A stretch of DNA of 52,085 nucleotides. Origin: Promethearchaeota archaeon (GTDB lineage Archaea; Asgardarchaeota; Lokiarchaeia; Sigyniarchaeales; SOKP01). Position 1 is the stretch's first letter; each line of letters starts with the position of its first letter. Positions 1 through 10,508 of this stretch are shown in pieces. The stretch is from assembly GCA_019894975.1 (NCBI GenBank), contig JAGXNO010000025.1, positions 1-52,085 of the forward strand, given 5' to 3'. Under the pieces are notes generated by a model. The model did not search any database and had not been told where the DNA came from. It was given only the letters and a program-made list of their open reading frames with translations. Both the position numbers and the translations under genes were made by a program.

Positions 1-237
1 CAATAAACCTGTATCATTAATTATTAAAGCTTGTTCTGATCCTTCGAATAAAATTGAGTCTCCATTTGCATTCTTAAGACTGTCAACAGAAAATTGCTCG
101 TCACCTATAATATCACCATTATCATCGTTGTTAAACTGAAAATTAAATAGAAAATTCGAATCTACTAGTAGAACCAGGCTAAGTACTGACGTAATAATCA
201 GTATATTTTTTAATTTCTTTTTAAGTTTAAAATTCAT
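1..237 (-). CDS. Secreted/surface protein, N-terminal part (runs off the window start)
   Basis: Hand translation from ATG at 237 gives MNFKLKKKLKNILIITSVLSLVLLVDSNFLFNFQFNNDDNGDIIGDEQ..., open to position 1. Basic N-region plus hydrophobic stretch indicates a signal peptide. Not in the ORF track. Confidence 0.7.
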   Translation of the reverse strand, partial: MNFKLKKKLKNILIITSVLSLVLLVDSNFLFNFQFNNDDNGDIIGDEQFSVDSLKNANGDSILFEGSEQALIINDTGLL

Positions 238-464
238 AGTATTCTTATACATTTAAAACCCCTAATGCAATAGAAGTAACCTAAAATTATATATAATAAG
301 AATGAAATTTCATAAATTTAAATGAATGTTTAAAGGAATTGCCAACAATAACTCCTTAGGAGTATAATTGAAATAGTTTATAATCGAATAAAACGATTAA
401 TTAACTAAAAAATATAAAATCTTGATCTATTTGAATAACCAACAAACTATAAAAGATTTTATAC

Positions 465-779
465 CTAATTGGGTAAAAATTCTTCTTTTAAATTAGCAAT
501 TAAAGATTTTCTATCTCTAACGGATATACGATTGATATCAACGCCACGATTGTTATACGTATCAGGAGGGATATTTTCAAATAAAGATACCATTAAAATT
601 AAAGCATTTGTTACTAGCACTCTGTTTTTCTTTTTATCTAATAATTTCATCAATTCTATTAAAGACTGATCTTTCCAAATCTCAGTCTTTTTTCTGTCTA
701 TCTTTTCAGTTTGAAAATATTCAAGTATTTCCAAATAACAATCTAACTCAAAATCTTCGGTATTATTGCTGAATTTCAT
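465..779 (-). CDS. Hypothetical protein (104 aa)
   Basis: ATG-started ORF with ordinary composition and no recognisable motif. Confidence 0.6.
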   Translation of the reverse strand: MKFSNNTEDFELDCYLEILEYFQTEKIDRKKTEIWKDQSLIELMKLLDKKKNRVLVTNALILMVSLFENIPPDTYNNRGVDINRISVRDRKSLIANLKEEFLPN

Positions 780-1100
780 CTTTTTATGGTGGACAACTCG
801 ATTCTAATTATTTAATATAAAAACGTATTATTAAGTCAGTTTGTTTTTTTAGATTTTTGTTATAACAATCCGCACAATTTTGTACCATCTTTCATTTACT
901 ACTAGCATAACTGGAGTACAGCTACACTTTTATAGAGTATGATTTGTGTGTAAAATTTGTTTACTGTTTAGATAATAAATTTCTATGCTATTTTATTTTC
1001 TAATATAATACACAGATATTATTTTAGTGTGAAAAAATAGAGTTAGACTTATTTTATTTAATAATTTATAATAAAAGCTTTGCAAAATTTTTAAGAAAAA

Positions 1101-1727
1101 ATGAAAGAATTATTAGACACCTTAAACAACCTAAAAAATAGCGGAATTAATTTAAGTATAAGGGAGAGGATTGGTGAATTTAGGAAAATTAAAGAAAAAT
1201 CTTTGACGGAAATATTTAATGAGCTCTGTTTTTGTATCCTTACAGCGAATTGTAGTGCTGAAAAGTGTATAGAAGTCCAAGATCGAATTGGAAACGGATT
1301 TTCTGACTTAAATGAGCAGGATCTCTCCCTACAATTAAAAAAGTTTGGTTATCGCTTTCCAAACATTAGAGCTAAATATATAGCAAAAGCAAGGGAATCT
1401 CAAGAAGAATTAATTAGACGAATTAGATCTGACACAGATCTCTTCAAGTTGAGAGAATGGTTAGTTAAAGATATAAAAGGTTTGGGTTATAAAGAGGCTA
1501 GCCATTTCTTAAGAAACATAGGTTTTACCGATATTGCAATATTAGACTTCCATATTATAGATCTTTTAACGAAATTTAATTTAATTGAAAAGCCAAAAGC
1601 ATTATCAAAAACTAAATATCTAGAAATCGAAAAATTATTAAGACAAATAGCTGAAAAACTAAATTTGAATCTTGCGGAACTTGATCTTTATATGTGGTTC
1701 ACGGAAACAGGAAAAGTGCTTAAATAA
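1101..1727 (+). CDS. ogg: 8-oxoguanine DNA glycosylase/AP lyase (archaeal Ogg, HhH-GPD)
   Basis: ELCFCILTAN, GYRFPNIRAKYI, HhH motif IKGLGYKEASHFLRNIG, AILDFH, and C-terminal LDLYMW...TGKVLK. Confidence 0.92.
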   Translation: MKELLDTLNNLKNSGINLSIRERIGEFRKIKEKSLTEIFNELCFCILTANCSAEKCIEVQDRIGNGFSDLNEQDLSLQLKKFGYRFPNIRAKYIAKARESQEELIRRIRSDTDLFKLREWLVKDIKGLGYKEASHFLRNIGFTDIAILDFHIIDLLTKFNLIEKPKALSKTKYLEIEKLLRQIAEKLNLNLAELDLYMWFTETGKVLK

Positions 1728-1762
1728 TAACCATAATTGATAAAAGATTTTATAATAAAGGG

Positions 1763-1904
1763 TGGGGTGTATATATTATTAACTTTTTTAATGGAATAAC
1801 ATTTGTTTTCCTGTCTCGTGTATCACATGTACTTCTGTTAAGGCTAATGAAATCACTTTCATTTATAGTACTGTGACTATACGTATTAGTTTATATACAC
1901 CCCA
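1763..1904. repeat. 13-bp perfect inverted repeat bracketing ~116 nt of intergenic DNA
   Basis: TGGGGTGTATATA at 1763-1775 and TATATACACCCCA at 1892-1904. Confidence 0.6.
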
Positions 1905-2057
1905 TTTTTATAGGGGATGTTATTCTGAAACTACAGAAAAGATATAAGACATAAGTGTATATAAAACTTTGCTTTATTACTATTCTACTATTACCTAGAA
2001 AAATGTCTGAAACCTTGTTAATTTGCAGTCTTAATATTGTTTTTTATTATAGTCATA

Positions 2058-3167
2058 TTAGATCTTCCAGTTACCCTCTTCATAAATAACTACGTCATCA
2101 GCAAAGATTTGCGATCCCGGGATTTTCATATCTTTTAATATGTCCCAATGGATTGCACTATCATTTTTGGAACCTAACTCCGGAAATCCTGCGCCTAAAG
2201 CACAATGAATAGTACCACCTATTTTTTCATCAAATAACATATTTTTTGTGAATGTTTGTATACCATAATTAGTTCCAATAGCAAATTCTCCCATGATATT
2301 AGCATTTTCAATTTTTAAAACTGCCTTTAGCATATCTTCTCCTTTACTAGCTGTAGCTTTAATAACCTTGCCATCTTTAAACTCAAGGTAAATATTCTCA
2401 ATCTCACGATTATTATATATGCCTGGATATGTAAAACGAATTTTACCATTTACAGAATCTTCGACTGGACAAGAACAAATTTCACCATCAGGTAAATTAG
2501 TCTGTCCACTGCAGTTATCCCAGGACCTTCCTTTAACAGAAAATTCTAGGTTGGTATCTTCACCAATGACCTTTATGAATTCAATTTTATTCAGGAAGTT
2601 TACAAATTTCTCTTGTTTTTTGTGAATTTCAGATCATTCTTCAGCCGGATCATCCTTATCCAACAATAAAGCCTTTTCAATGAAATTAGTAAACGAAAAG
2701 AGGTCCATATTAGCTTCTTGTGCATGGGATTGGCATGGAAAAGGAACTATTACCCATTTTAATTCTCCTTTAGCAAATCTTTCATCTATTATATCATACA
2801 TTTTTTTTCTTTTCGGGGCAGCCTGAAATTTAGCCATTGTTTTAGGATTAATCAATGATAAATTTCTAGTATTGTAATCTCCAGAGATATAAATTAGTCC
2901 ATCAAATTCCTCAGAGATCTTTAAGAAAACATCATCAACATAAACAAGCTGTTCATCAGAACCATATTTAAATAAAAGTTCTTCTTCCCCCTCTAATGAT
3001 ATTACTAAAAGTGGAAAACCTCCCGCATTAATTACTTCAACATATAATGCTTGAATAAGTTCTTGAGCAAAACTTGGACCCCTAATAGAAATCCTATCTC
3101 CCTTTTTTACACCAATAGAATATTTTACTGCTAATTTTGCTAATTTTTCATAAAATGGATTGATCAT
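2058..3167 (-). pseudogene. M29 (AmpS/AmpT-like) aminopeptidase interrupted by one in-frame TGA at 2634-2636
   Basis: ORFs 2634..3167 and 2058..2333 are in the same frame. The intervening 100 codons are open (SEIHKKQEKF...NLPDGEICSCPVEDSVNG...). M29 motifs present: NLPDGE, GEFAIG, LFDEKIGGTIHCALG, SAIHWD. Confidence 0.8.
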
Positions 3168-3235
3168 ATTATAAATATTTAGCCATCTAATTTATATTAT
3201 TTCGAGAAATAGAATCTCAATATTTCGGTTCACAT

Positions 3236-3520
3236 TTAGTATATTGGAGGGACTAAATCTTTCCTTGAGGTTGTTTCATCCCAGTGCTTTTCTTTATACC
3301 ATAAATAGATACCCATGCTTATAAGGAAAAAGGAAAGAATCAAATACAAAATCCAAAACGAAGCACCAGTTATGAACATGCCCATATTTCTGATTTTTTG
3401 TGTTATAGCGACATAAAATATGCCTGTTAATGCGAGGATTGAAGAAATAATTCCACATATTAAATCAAAATAAATCGCTTGTCTTTCTTTTTTATCTCGT
3501 TTCCTCTGAATTACCGACAT
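3236..3520 (-). CDS. Small 2-TM membrane protein (paralog of the next gene)
   Basis: Two hydrophobic helices. Shares YFDLICGxxSSILALTGI and FWILYL with 3545..3796. Confidence 0.75.
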   Translation of the reverse strand: MSVIQRKRDKKERQAIYFDLICGIISSILALTGIFYVAITQKIRNMGMFITGASFWILYLILSFFLISMGIYLWYKEKHWDETTSRKDLVPPIY

Positions 3521-3544
3521 ATTTTTATTACCCTTTAAAGCGAA

Positions 3545-3796
3545 CTAACTATTTCCAAACAACTGTCTCTCTTTATGTTTTGTATATATTCCAATAGACA
3601 TCATAAATATTGAAAGGAGAAGGTACAAAATCCAAAAAGTTAAACCTGTAAGCCATCCAGCCATGTCTGTAATTCCATACATTATCGCAAAAAATATGAT
3701 TCCCGTTAAGGCAAGAATCGAACTTACCATACCACAAATTAAATCAAAATATAGTCTTTTCCTCTCACTCCTCGCCTCATCTAATTTACTTGGCAT
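3545..3796 (-). CDS. Small 2-TM membrane protein (paralog of the previous gene)
   Basis: Two hydrophobic helices. Shares YFDLICGxxSSILALTGI and FWILYL with 3236..3520. Confidence 0.75.
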   Translation of the reverse strand: MPSKLDEARSERKRLYFDLICGMVSSILALTGIIFFAIMYGITDMAGWLTGLTFWILYLLLSIFMMSIGIYTKHKERQLFGNS

Positions 3797-3843
3797 TATC
3801 CTTAGGTAATTTTTAGCTTTTTATTTGTAATTTTATTCTAGTT

Positions 3844-5031
3844 TTAACCTATAAATTCTTCAAGATTATTATAGACCGTCTCTAAAATATCTTTAGTTGG
3901 TAAAAAAGTAAATCTAACGTGATCTTTTCCATATTCACCGAAACCGGATCCATAAACTGTACAAATACCTGTAGTTTTGAGCAAATCAATAACAAATTCT
4001 TTATCATCATTCCATTTCTTAAATTCATTAAAATTGAGTTTTGGAAATAAATAAAAAGCTCCGTTGGGTTTGACACATGTTATTCCTTCAATCTTTCTTA
4101 ATCGCTCATATGAGTAATCTCTTCTTTCTTTGAGCTTTGCAACCATCTCTTTAGTATGAGTTCCGGGGTTCTTTAAAATCTTAATAGCAGCATATTGAGC
4201 AACAGAACTTGCTGAAAGCCTTGCTCTAGCCATTTTAGCAATTCCCTCCCTTAATTCTCCCAGTTTATTTTCAGGATCATGATAATACATATACCCTAAA
4301 CGCCAACCTGTAGCTAAGTGTGATTTTGAAAACCCATTCAACCCAATGACGGGAACATCTTTACTAAGACTCGCTGGACAAGTAAAAGGTTTTTCATAGG
4401 TAATTTGATCATAAATTTCATCTGAAATAATTGTCAAATCATATTCCCCTGCTATATCTATGATTTTTTTAATCATTTTTTCACTAAACATTACACCTGT
4501 TGGATTATTAGGAGAGCAAATTAGAAGTGCTTGCGTTTTATCTGTAATTTTATTCCTTAAATCATCAATATTAGGTTCCCATTCATTTTCTTCATCTAAC
4601 TCATATTCAACGGGAACACCTTCGAAAAATTTTGCGTAATTTATATACAATGGGTAACTTGGTCCGGGAATTAATAGCTCCTTTTTATCTTCAATTAAAG
4701 CGGCTATAAGAAAGAAAATTGCTTCGGTTACACCAGAAGTAACTAAAACATCATCTGAATGCAAATTAAGATTATTCTTCTGATTTTGAGAACGAGCTAT
4801 TTCCTCTCTAAGTTCTAGAGCACCCATAGAATCAACATAAAAGTTTTTACCTCCAAAAGAAGCATCAGCTAATGCTTGCGAAATATATTGAGGTGTTTTG
4901 AAATCATATATTACAGGATCCCCTATATTTAGATGATAAATCTTTTTACCACTTTTAGCAACCTCGTTTGCAACTGCCGCTATTTCTCGTATTGCATAAG
5001 AAATCTCTTTTATTCTTTTTGACACTACCAT
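3844..5031 (-). CDS. PLP-dependent aminotransferase class I/II (alanine aminotransferase-like)
   Basis: LNIGDP, SPNNPTG, SDEIYD, PLP lysine motif GFSKSHLATGWRLGY, PNGAFY. Confidence 0.92.
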   Translation of the reverse strand: MVVSKRIKEISYAIREIAAVANEVAKSGKKIYHLNIGDPVIYDFKTPQYISQALADASFGGKNFYVDSMGALELREEIARSQNQKNNLNLHSDDVLVTSGVTEAIFFLIAALIEDKKELLIPGPSYPLYINYAKFFEGVPVEYELDEENEWEPNIDDLRNKITDKTQALLICSPNNPTGVMFSEKMIKKIIDIAGEYDLTIISDEIYDQITYEKPFTCPASLSKDVPVIGLNGFSKSHLATGWRLGYMYYHDPENKLGELREGIAKMARARLSASSVAQYAAIKILKNPGTHTKEMVAKLKERRDYSYERLRKIEGITCVKPNGAFYLFPKLNFNEFKKWNDDKEFVIDLLKTTGICTVYGSGFGEYGKDHVRFTFLPTKDILETVYNNLEEFIG

Positions 5032-5290
5032 TTTTTCCTCATACTTTAAGAGTTTATTTTAAAAGGTTATTTAATAATATTCAACAAAATTTAAGAATTT
5101 TTTTTTTAAACAGCAAGATACAGTCAAATGACGAAATCTTTTAATTTCGTTTACCTCTTATGATTGAGATTCATCAATTGAAAGCTCATTTGTAATTTTT
5201 AGTATAAAATAATATATTTGAATTTACAATGATATTAACACCAAAATGAATTTAATGAAATATTAAATATAAAAAAATCTTGGATTATGA

Positions 5291-6361
5291 TTATAGCAAT
5301 AAATCCCAATCAATTTCTTTTTCAATTAAGGAAAGGACTTTTTCCATCTCATCTTCTTGAATCCCTGGTCTTAATCGTTCCAAATTTCTCATAGTGGTAT
5401 AGGTATCAGATGGACTCAGAATAATAGGTATCCCTTTCTCATTTGCGAGTGTTATTACACCCATATCAGGTTGGATGAAACCTGTTAGAATTAATGTAGA
5501 AACCTCTTGTTCTAATGCCGCCATTGCTAAATCGGTTCTATCACCACCAGTAATAAATGCGGCACTCTTTACCTGTCTTAAATATTTTAAAGCACCTTGA
5601 ACGTTCATCGCACCAATTAGGAAAGTCTCAACCAGATTGTTTAAACCTGCAGACGTCTGTTCGTTAACTAACTCTCCCCCAATTTGCTCTTTAATTTCAA
5701 TCACACGAGGGGAAAATAGCTCAACATTTTTTTCGACGATTCCCAAAACAGGAATATTATATTTAGTAATATGTCCCTCTACAAGCTCTTTAATTCTCGC
5801 TATATATTCAAAATCAATTTTATTGAAAAGAACTCCCAAGATATTCATATTGCGAGACTCAAAATATTTTTTTGTGAAAAAGAAGTTATCTATACAGCGA
5901 TCTGAAGACTCGACTGAAACGTAGACTAAATCTCTTATTCCTAGATATTCTGCAATGCTTAAATCATCTATTCCTACCCGTATAAATTTCCTAATACTTG
6001 GATTTCCCTCAATTATAATATAATCTACGTCTTCTACGATTTTGTCGTAGGCGTTTTGTATCCGTTCTAAATACTCTCCTTTTTTATTTGCATCAACTAA
6101 ATCAACATAATAAACATCAGGTATTGAAACAGGAGATATATAATCATAGGGATGATCTGTTTTATATACTGTATTAAGGATAAATCCAACATCAGGATCG
6201 CTTTTATTTGTAAAAGCACTTATAGGAACGCCTATTGGTTTAAAATACGCAAATTTCTTACCCTCTTTTTTTAATTTTTGGATCATTCCAATTGAGAGGA
6301 AACTTTTCCCTGCATGTTCTCTCAAGGAACATAAATAAATTGGTTTTGCCATGTTATTCAC
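5291..6361 (-). CDS. Phosphotransacetylase N-terminal-like protein (BioD-like P-loop plus DRTGG domain)
   Basis: HAGKSFLSIG P-loop, YFKPIG, ITGGDRTD (DRTGG). No PTA catalytic domain. Alternative ATG at 6352. Confidence 0.85.
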   Translation of the reverse strand: MNNMAKPIYLCSLREHAGKSFLSIGMIQKLKKEGKKFAYFKPIGVPISAFTNKSDPDVGFILNTVYKTDHPYDYISPVSIPDVYYVDLVDANKKGEYLERIQNAYDKIVEDVDYIIIEGNPSIRKFIRVGIDDLSIAEYLGIRDLVYVSVESSDRCIDNFFFTKKYFESRNMNILGVLFNKIDFEYIARIKELVEGHITKYNIPVLGIVEKNVELFSPRVIEIKEQIGGELVNEQTSAGLNNLVETFLIGAMNVQGALKYLRQVKSAAFITGGDRTDLAMAALEQEVSTLILTGFIQPDMGVITLANEKGIPIILSPSDTYTTMRNLERLRPGIQEDEMEKVLSLIEKEIDWDLLL

Positions 6362-6405
6362 TTTTTATTATTTTAATTTATTTTTTAATATTTTTCTATT
6401 TTGTT

Positions 6406-8556
6406 TTATCTATTAATTGTAATTTTAATATCAACAGCACTATAACCTTTAATGAATGCTAAAAGCGGATTAATGTCAAGTTCTACTATATCAGGAAAAT
6501 CATTTACCAACTGTGAAAGTCTTAAAAGAACATTAATTATAGCTTCAATATCAGATGATGATTCTCCTCTAACTCCATGAAGAAGACTATAGATTTTTGT
6601 ACTTTCTACTAGCTTTTTTGCATTTACTTGAGTAAATTTATAAGATAGAGCAAAGGCTACATCTTGCATAAAATTGGCGTAAATACCTCCCGTCCCAAAC
6701 ATTAAAAGTGGTCCAAATTGAGGATCTTTAGACATTCCAATTATAATTTCATTAACCTTTGGTTCACGTTTAAAGTCAATCATTTCTTGGACTTCTACAC
6801 CATAAATTTTTGCATTTTGAGGACCAAATTTCTTGGCATTATCGACAATTTGTATATATGCCTCAAAAGCATCTTGTTCCGTTTCAATATTTAGAAGAAT
6901 GCCTCCTACTTCGGTTTTATGAATGATGTTAGGAGAAACGATTTTCATAACAGATTTGCCTGTTTCAGCCTGTAGATTCATTGCTTGTATGGGAGTTTGT
7001 GCTAATCTAGATTTTGGGGATTTTATACCATAACAATCAAAAACTTCACTTGTTTCATAACTTAGTAATACAGTTCTTCCATCTTCTCTAACTTGAGAAA
7101 AAATTTCTTTGACTCTTTGCTTTTTCACTTTAAATTTTGGAATTTCCAATTCTTCTATTGGAGTACTCATTAAAAATTCGCGTCTTTTTATAAGAGTCTT
7201 CAAAGAATGAGCGGCTCTATCTGGAAAATGATAGCATGGGATATGGTTTTGTTTCAAATACTCCTTTCCCTCAGAAATATTTTTGCCTCCTATAAAAGAA
7301 CATATTATCGGCTTTTCGGTTAGATATTTCGATGATATTTTGTGAATAAGACGAGCGACTTCGGAGGGAGCAGTTTGAGCTTGGGGAGTCAAAATAATTA
7401 ATGCTCCTTCGGTAGTAATATCGTTCGATTCTGCGTTACCATTTAAACCAAAAACTGTTTTTATTGTAAACTCATATCTATCGGGAGTAGCATCCCCCAC
7501 AATATCAATTGGATTAAAAATAGATGCTTCTAAAGGTAAATTCTCTCTCAAAGCATGCAGTATAGGTTCTGAAAAACCCGAAAACTTTAAACCTTCTCGT
7601 TCAAAAGCGTCTGTGGCAACAATCCCAGGTCCCCCAGCATTAGTTATTATTGCAAATGAATTCCCTTTCGGAACAGGCTGATACAAGAAAACTTCACCAT
7701 AATCAAAGAGATCTTCAATAGTTTTCGCTCTAATAACACCACATTTGTCAAAAGCTAAATCATAAGCGATATCTGCACCTGCTAACGCTCCAGTGTGGCT
7801 AGATGCGGCTCTTGCGCCGGCTTCACTAACTCCAGATTTTAAAATCACAACTGGTTTTTTTCGTGTGGCTTTAGGTAGGACTTCTAAAAATCTCGGTCCA
7901 TCATTAATACTTTCCAAATAACACAAAATAACCCTTGTATTTGCATCTTCAGCCAAGTATTCAATGAAATCCACTGCCCCTAAGTCTGCTTTATTCCCAA
8001 GACTGATGTTACAAGAGAATCCAAAAGCTTGCGTCATACTATAATCCATCATTCCTGTTAACATAGCACCAGATTGAGAAATCATAGCAATTCCCCCTTC
8101 TTTGGGTGTTTCAGCTGCAAATGAACCATTATAATTAAGTCCAATAAAACCTAAACAATTTGGGCCCAAAATTCTCATTTTATACTTTTTGACAATTTTA
8201 ATTAATTCCTCTTCCCTGTCGACGCCTTCTCCGCCAACTTCCTTGAATCCTGCTGAGATTACAATTAAACCTTTTACTTTTTTTTTACCACATTCTTCTG
8301 CTGCTTTATTTACGAATTTTGCCGGAATAACAAAAATTGCGATGTCAATCTCATCTTTTACATCTAAAACACTCTTGAAACATTCTAATTCGCAAACTTC
8401 CTTCGCTTTAGGATTGATAGGATAGATCGTACCTGTATACCCCGAGGAAATTATATTGTTTAAAACAGTGTTTCCAACTTTACCTTGAGTGTCACTTGCA
8501 CCAATAACCGCAATACTTTTAGGATTGAAGAAGAATGAGATATCGTTTGAAGTCAT
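6406..8556 (-). CDS. acd: Acetate/acyl-CoA ligase (ADP-forming), fused alpha-beta
   Basis: NPKSIAVIGAS CoA-binding fold, ILGPNCLG, SQSGA, AASSHTGALAG (phospho-His), TNAGGPG, NPIDIVGDA, and ATP-grasp HKTEVGG...ELDINP. Confidence 0.92.
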   Translation of the reverse strand: MTSNDISFFFNPKSIAVIGASDTQGKVGNTVLNNIISSGYTGTIYPINPKAKEVCELECFKSVLDVKDEIDIAIFVIPAKFVNKAAEECGKKKVKGLIVISAGFKEVGGEGVDREEELIKIVKKYKMRILGPNCLGFIGLNYNGSFAAETPKEGGIAMISQSGAMLTGMMDYSMTQAFGFSCNISLGNKADLGAVDFIEYLAEDANTRVILCYLESINDGPRFLEVLPKATRKKPVVILKSGVSEAGARAASSHTGALAGADIAYDLAFDKCGVIRAKTIEDLFDYGEVFLYQPVPKGNSFAIITNAGGPGIVATDAFEREGLKFSGFSEPILHALRENLPLEASIFNPIDIVGDATPDRYEFTIKTVFGLNGNAESNDITTEGALIILTPQAQTAPSEVARLIHKISSKYLTEKPIICSFIGGKNISEGKEYLKQNHIPCYHFPDRAAHSLKTLIKRREFLMSTPIEELEIPKFKVKKQRVKEIFSQVREDGRTVLLSYETSEVFDCYGIKSPKSRLAQTPIQAMNLQAETGKSVMKIVSPNIIHKTEVGGILLNIETEQDAFEAYIQIVDNAKKFGPQNAKIYGVEVQEMIDFKREPKVNEIIIGMSKDPQFGPLLMFGTGGIYANFMQDVAFALSYKFTQVNAKKLVESTKIYSLLHGVRGESSSDIEAIINVLLRLSQLVNDFPDIVELDINPLLAFIKGYSAVDIKITINR

Positions 8557-8691
8557 TTTTGTATCTGGGGATGATTATTTTAAAAGAACTATATAAAAAT
8601 CTATAATTATTTTTCCTTTAAAATTTTTCACAGATTTACAACAAACATGTAAAATACTCAATATTCCTACGAAAAAAAAGAAAAAAAGATT

Positions 8692-9498
8692 TTAAAGTGT
8701 AGTTTTTTTCTGAAAGATTTTTACTCCTACGAAGATAAATGTGGAAGTGAATGCTAATATGATTAAGATACCACTCCAAATGGGAAAGATAGAGGCTTGT
8801 GAAGTGGGCATAATTACTGTTCCACCATACAACAAATCAGTGAAAAAATCTCCTACAACAGTCAACTGGAGATACACTTGTTTAACCCAATACTGTGGTG
8901 TAAAGAAAACCATCCCATTTTCAATAGGGAAAAATGATCCTGATACAAACATTAACCCCATATGAAACAACATAGCAATCCCATTTGCTCCTTCAGGAGA
9001 GCCGAGAAAACTCGCAATTATTAGACCCACTCCAATAGATCCAATACCGAAAATCATAGCAAGTAAGTATCCAAGTGGTAACATTGCAATTTCAAAATGA
9101 GCTCCTAAAACTCCATAGCCAAATCCAAATACTATAATGAGTTGTAAATTCATAAAAATGGTTTCAGAAATTACTGCTCCTAAAAATACATTTCCACGAC
9201 TCACAGGCATTGAGTCTATACGCTCCAAAGTTCCGTCTACTTTACTCATTGCAAACATAACTGCACTTGTAACTGAAGACATACCGATTGTATATACTAC
9301 TATTCCTGGAAATTCTACATCAAACACAGTCAAACCATTTATCATAGCCATATCCTCACCGTCACTAAAGGCTAATTTGTAAACTAGCAGCATCATTATT
9401 GGAAATGCAACAGTCCAAAACATTGAACCTAAGTTCTTAAGCTTTTCCTTTATATTCTTCCTGGCGATATACCAAGATTTTACATCGAGTGAATACAT
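8692..9498 (-). CDS. ABC-2 type exporter permease
   Basis: About 6 TM helices, GTLERIDSMPVSR, SGSFFPI. Overlaps the upstream ATPase stop by 1 nt. Confidence 0.88.
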   Translation of the reverse strand: MYSLDVKSWYIARKNIKEKLKNLGSMFWTVAFPIMMLLVYKLAFSDGEDMAMINGLTVFDVEFPGIVVYTIGMSSVTSAVMFAMSKVDGTLERIDSMPVSRGNVFLGAVISETIFMNLQLIIVFGFGYGVLGAHFEIAMLPLGYLLAMIFGIGSIGVGLIIASFLGSPEGANGIAMLFHMGLMFVSGSFFPIENGMVFFTPQYWVKQVYLQLTVVGDFFTDLLYGGTVIMPTSQASIFPIWSGILIILAFTSTFIFVGVKIFQKKTTL

Positions 9499-10508
9499 TA
9501 ATCACGTAACCTCCTACCAGTTAATTTCAAGAATATATCTTCAAGAGAATCTTCCCTGAAATGGAGAGTTTTAAATGAATTCATATTTTCCAAAATATCT
9601 CGCTTGAGGGTTTCAATTCCCCCCGAAAAGGAGATAGTTAACTTATTGTTCTCCATTTCTCTTATACTTTTCACATTTGTAATTTGTTCTAATTTGCTCT
9701 TCGCCTTAATAAGTTCTTTTTTTGAAGAGAAAATGAATTCAAGAATATTTCCGTTACTTGAACCGCTTTTTAATTCTTCTAAAGTTCCAAAAGCGATGAT
9801 TTGCCCTTGATCCATGATTGCAATATGGTCACTTAATGAATCTGCTTCTATCATATCATGGGTAGTAAGGATGATTGTCATTCCCGTCTTTTTAAGTTCC
9901 TTAATAAAATCCCATACAAGACGTCTTGCTTGAGGATCCAAGCCTGCAGTTGGTTCATCAAGGAATAGAATTTGTGGGTGATGAATAAGGCTCATTACAA
10001 GATTTAAACGCCGCTTCATTCCACCAGAAAATGATTTTACTGGTTTTTTTCGTCCAGCAATATTCATTTTTTCTAAGAGATTATTCATCCGTTTCTTTAT
10101 GTCAGCAGGATCCATTCCATGCATACGACCAACAAATTCGACGTTATCCTCTGCTGTTAATGCTCCAAAAACAACATTCTCTTGGGGACATACACCAATT
10201 AGTGATTTAATCTTATTTTTTTCTTTTATAAGGTCGTACTCATTGATTCTTGCACTTCCATTGGAAGGTTTTAATACTGTAGTCAGCATTCTAATTGTAG
10301 TAGATTTTCCCGCTCCATTAGGTCCTAATAGGGAAAATAACTCACCTTTACGAACCTTTAAACTAATACCGTCAACCGCTTTAACATCATTAAATGTTTT
10401 TTCAAGATTTTGAACTTCGATGATAAATTCGGTTGTATGGTTATTCTCATCGAATTGATTGGGATCAGAATATTTTATTTGTGCTTTTTCTTTTATTGAT
10501 ACATTCAT
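9498..10508 (-). CDS. ABC exporter ATP-binding protein (DrrA-like)
   Basis: Walker A GPNGAGKST, signature FSGGMKRR, Walker B LFLDEPT, H-loop LTTH. Confidence 0.93.
   Translation of the reverse strand: MNVSIKEKAQIKYSDPNQFDENNHTTEFIIEVQNLEKTFNDVKAVDGISLKVRKGELFSLLGPNGAGKSTTIRMLTTVLKPSNGSARINEYDLIKEKNKIKSLIGVCPQENVVFGALTAEDNVEFVGRMHGMDPADIKKRMNNLLEKMNIAGRKKPVKSFSGGMKRRLNLVMSLIHHPQILFLDEPTAGLDPQARRLVWDFIKELKKTGMTIILTTHDMIEADSLSDHIAIMDQGQIIAFGTLEELKSGSSNGNILEFIFSSKKELIKAKSKLEQITNVKSIREMENNKLTISFSGGIETLKRDILENMNSFKTLHFREDSLEDIFLKLTGRRLRD

Noticed and set aside
800-960. Cys-containing fragments on the minus strand (CSC, CADC)
   Set aside because: They fall in different frames, are short, and form no coherent ORF.
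2634-2636. TGA in the aminopeptidase as selenocysteine or evidence of genetic code 4
   Set aside because: The position is normally Trp rather than Cys, no SECIS was seen, and TGA serves as a normal stop elsewhere (e.g. hisH, ccmF, the ADC-like gene).
8692-10508. ABC pair as a second ccmAB
   Set aside because: The permease is ABC-2/DrrB-like without CcmB motifs and is far from the ccm genes.
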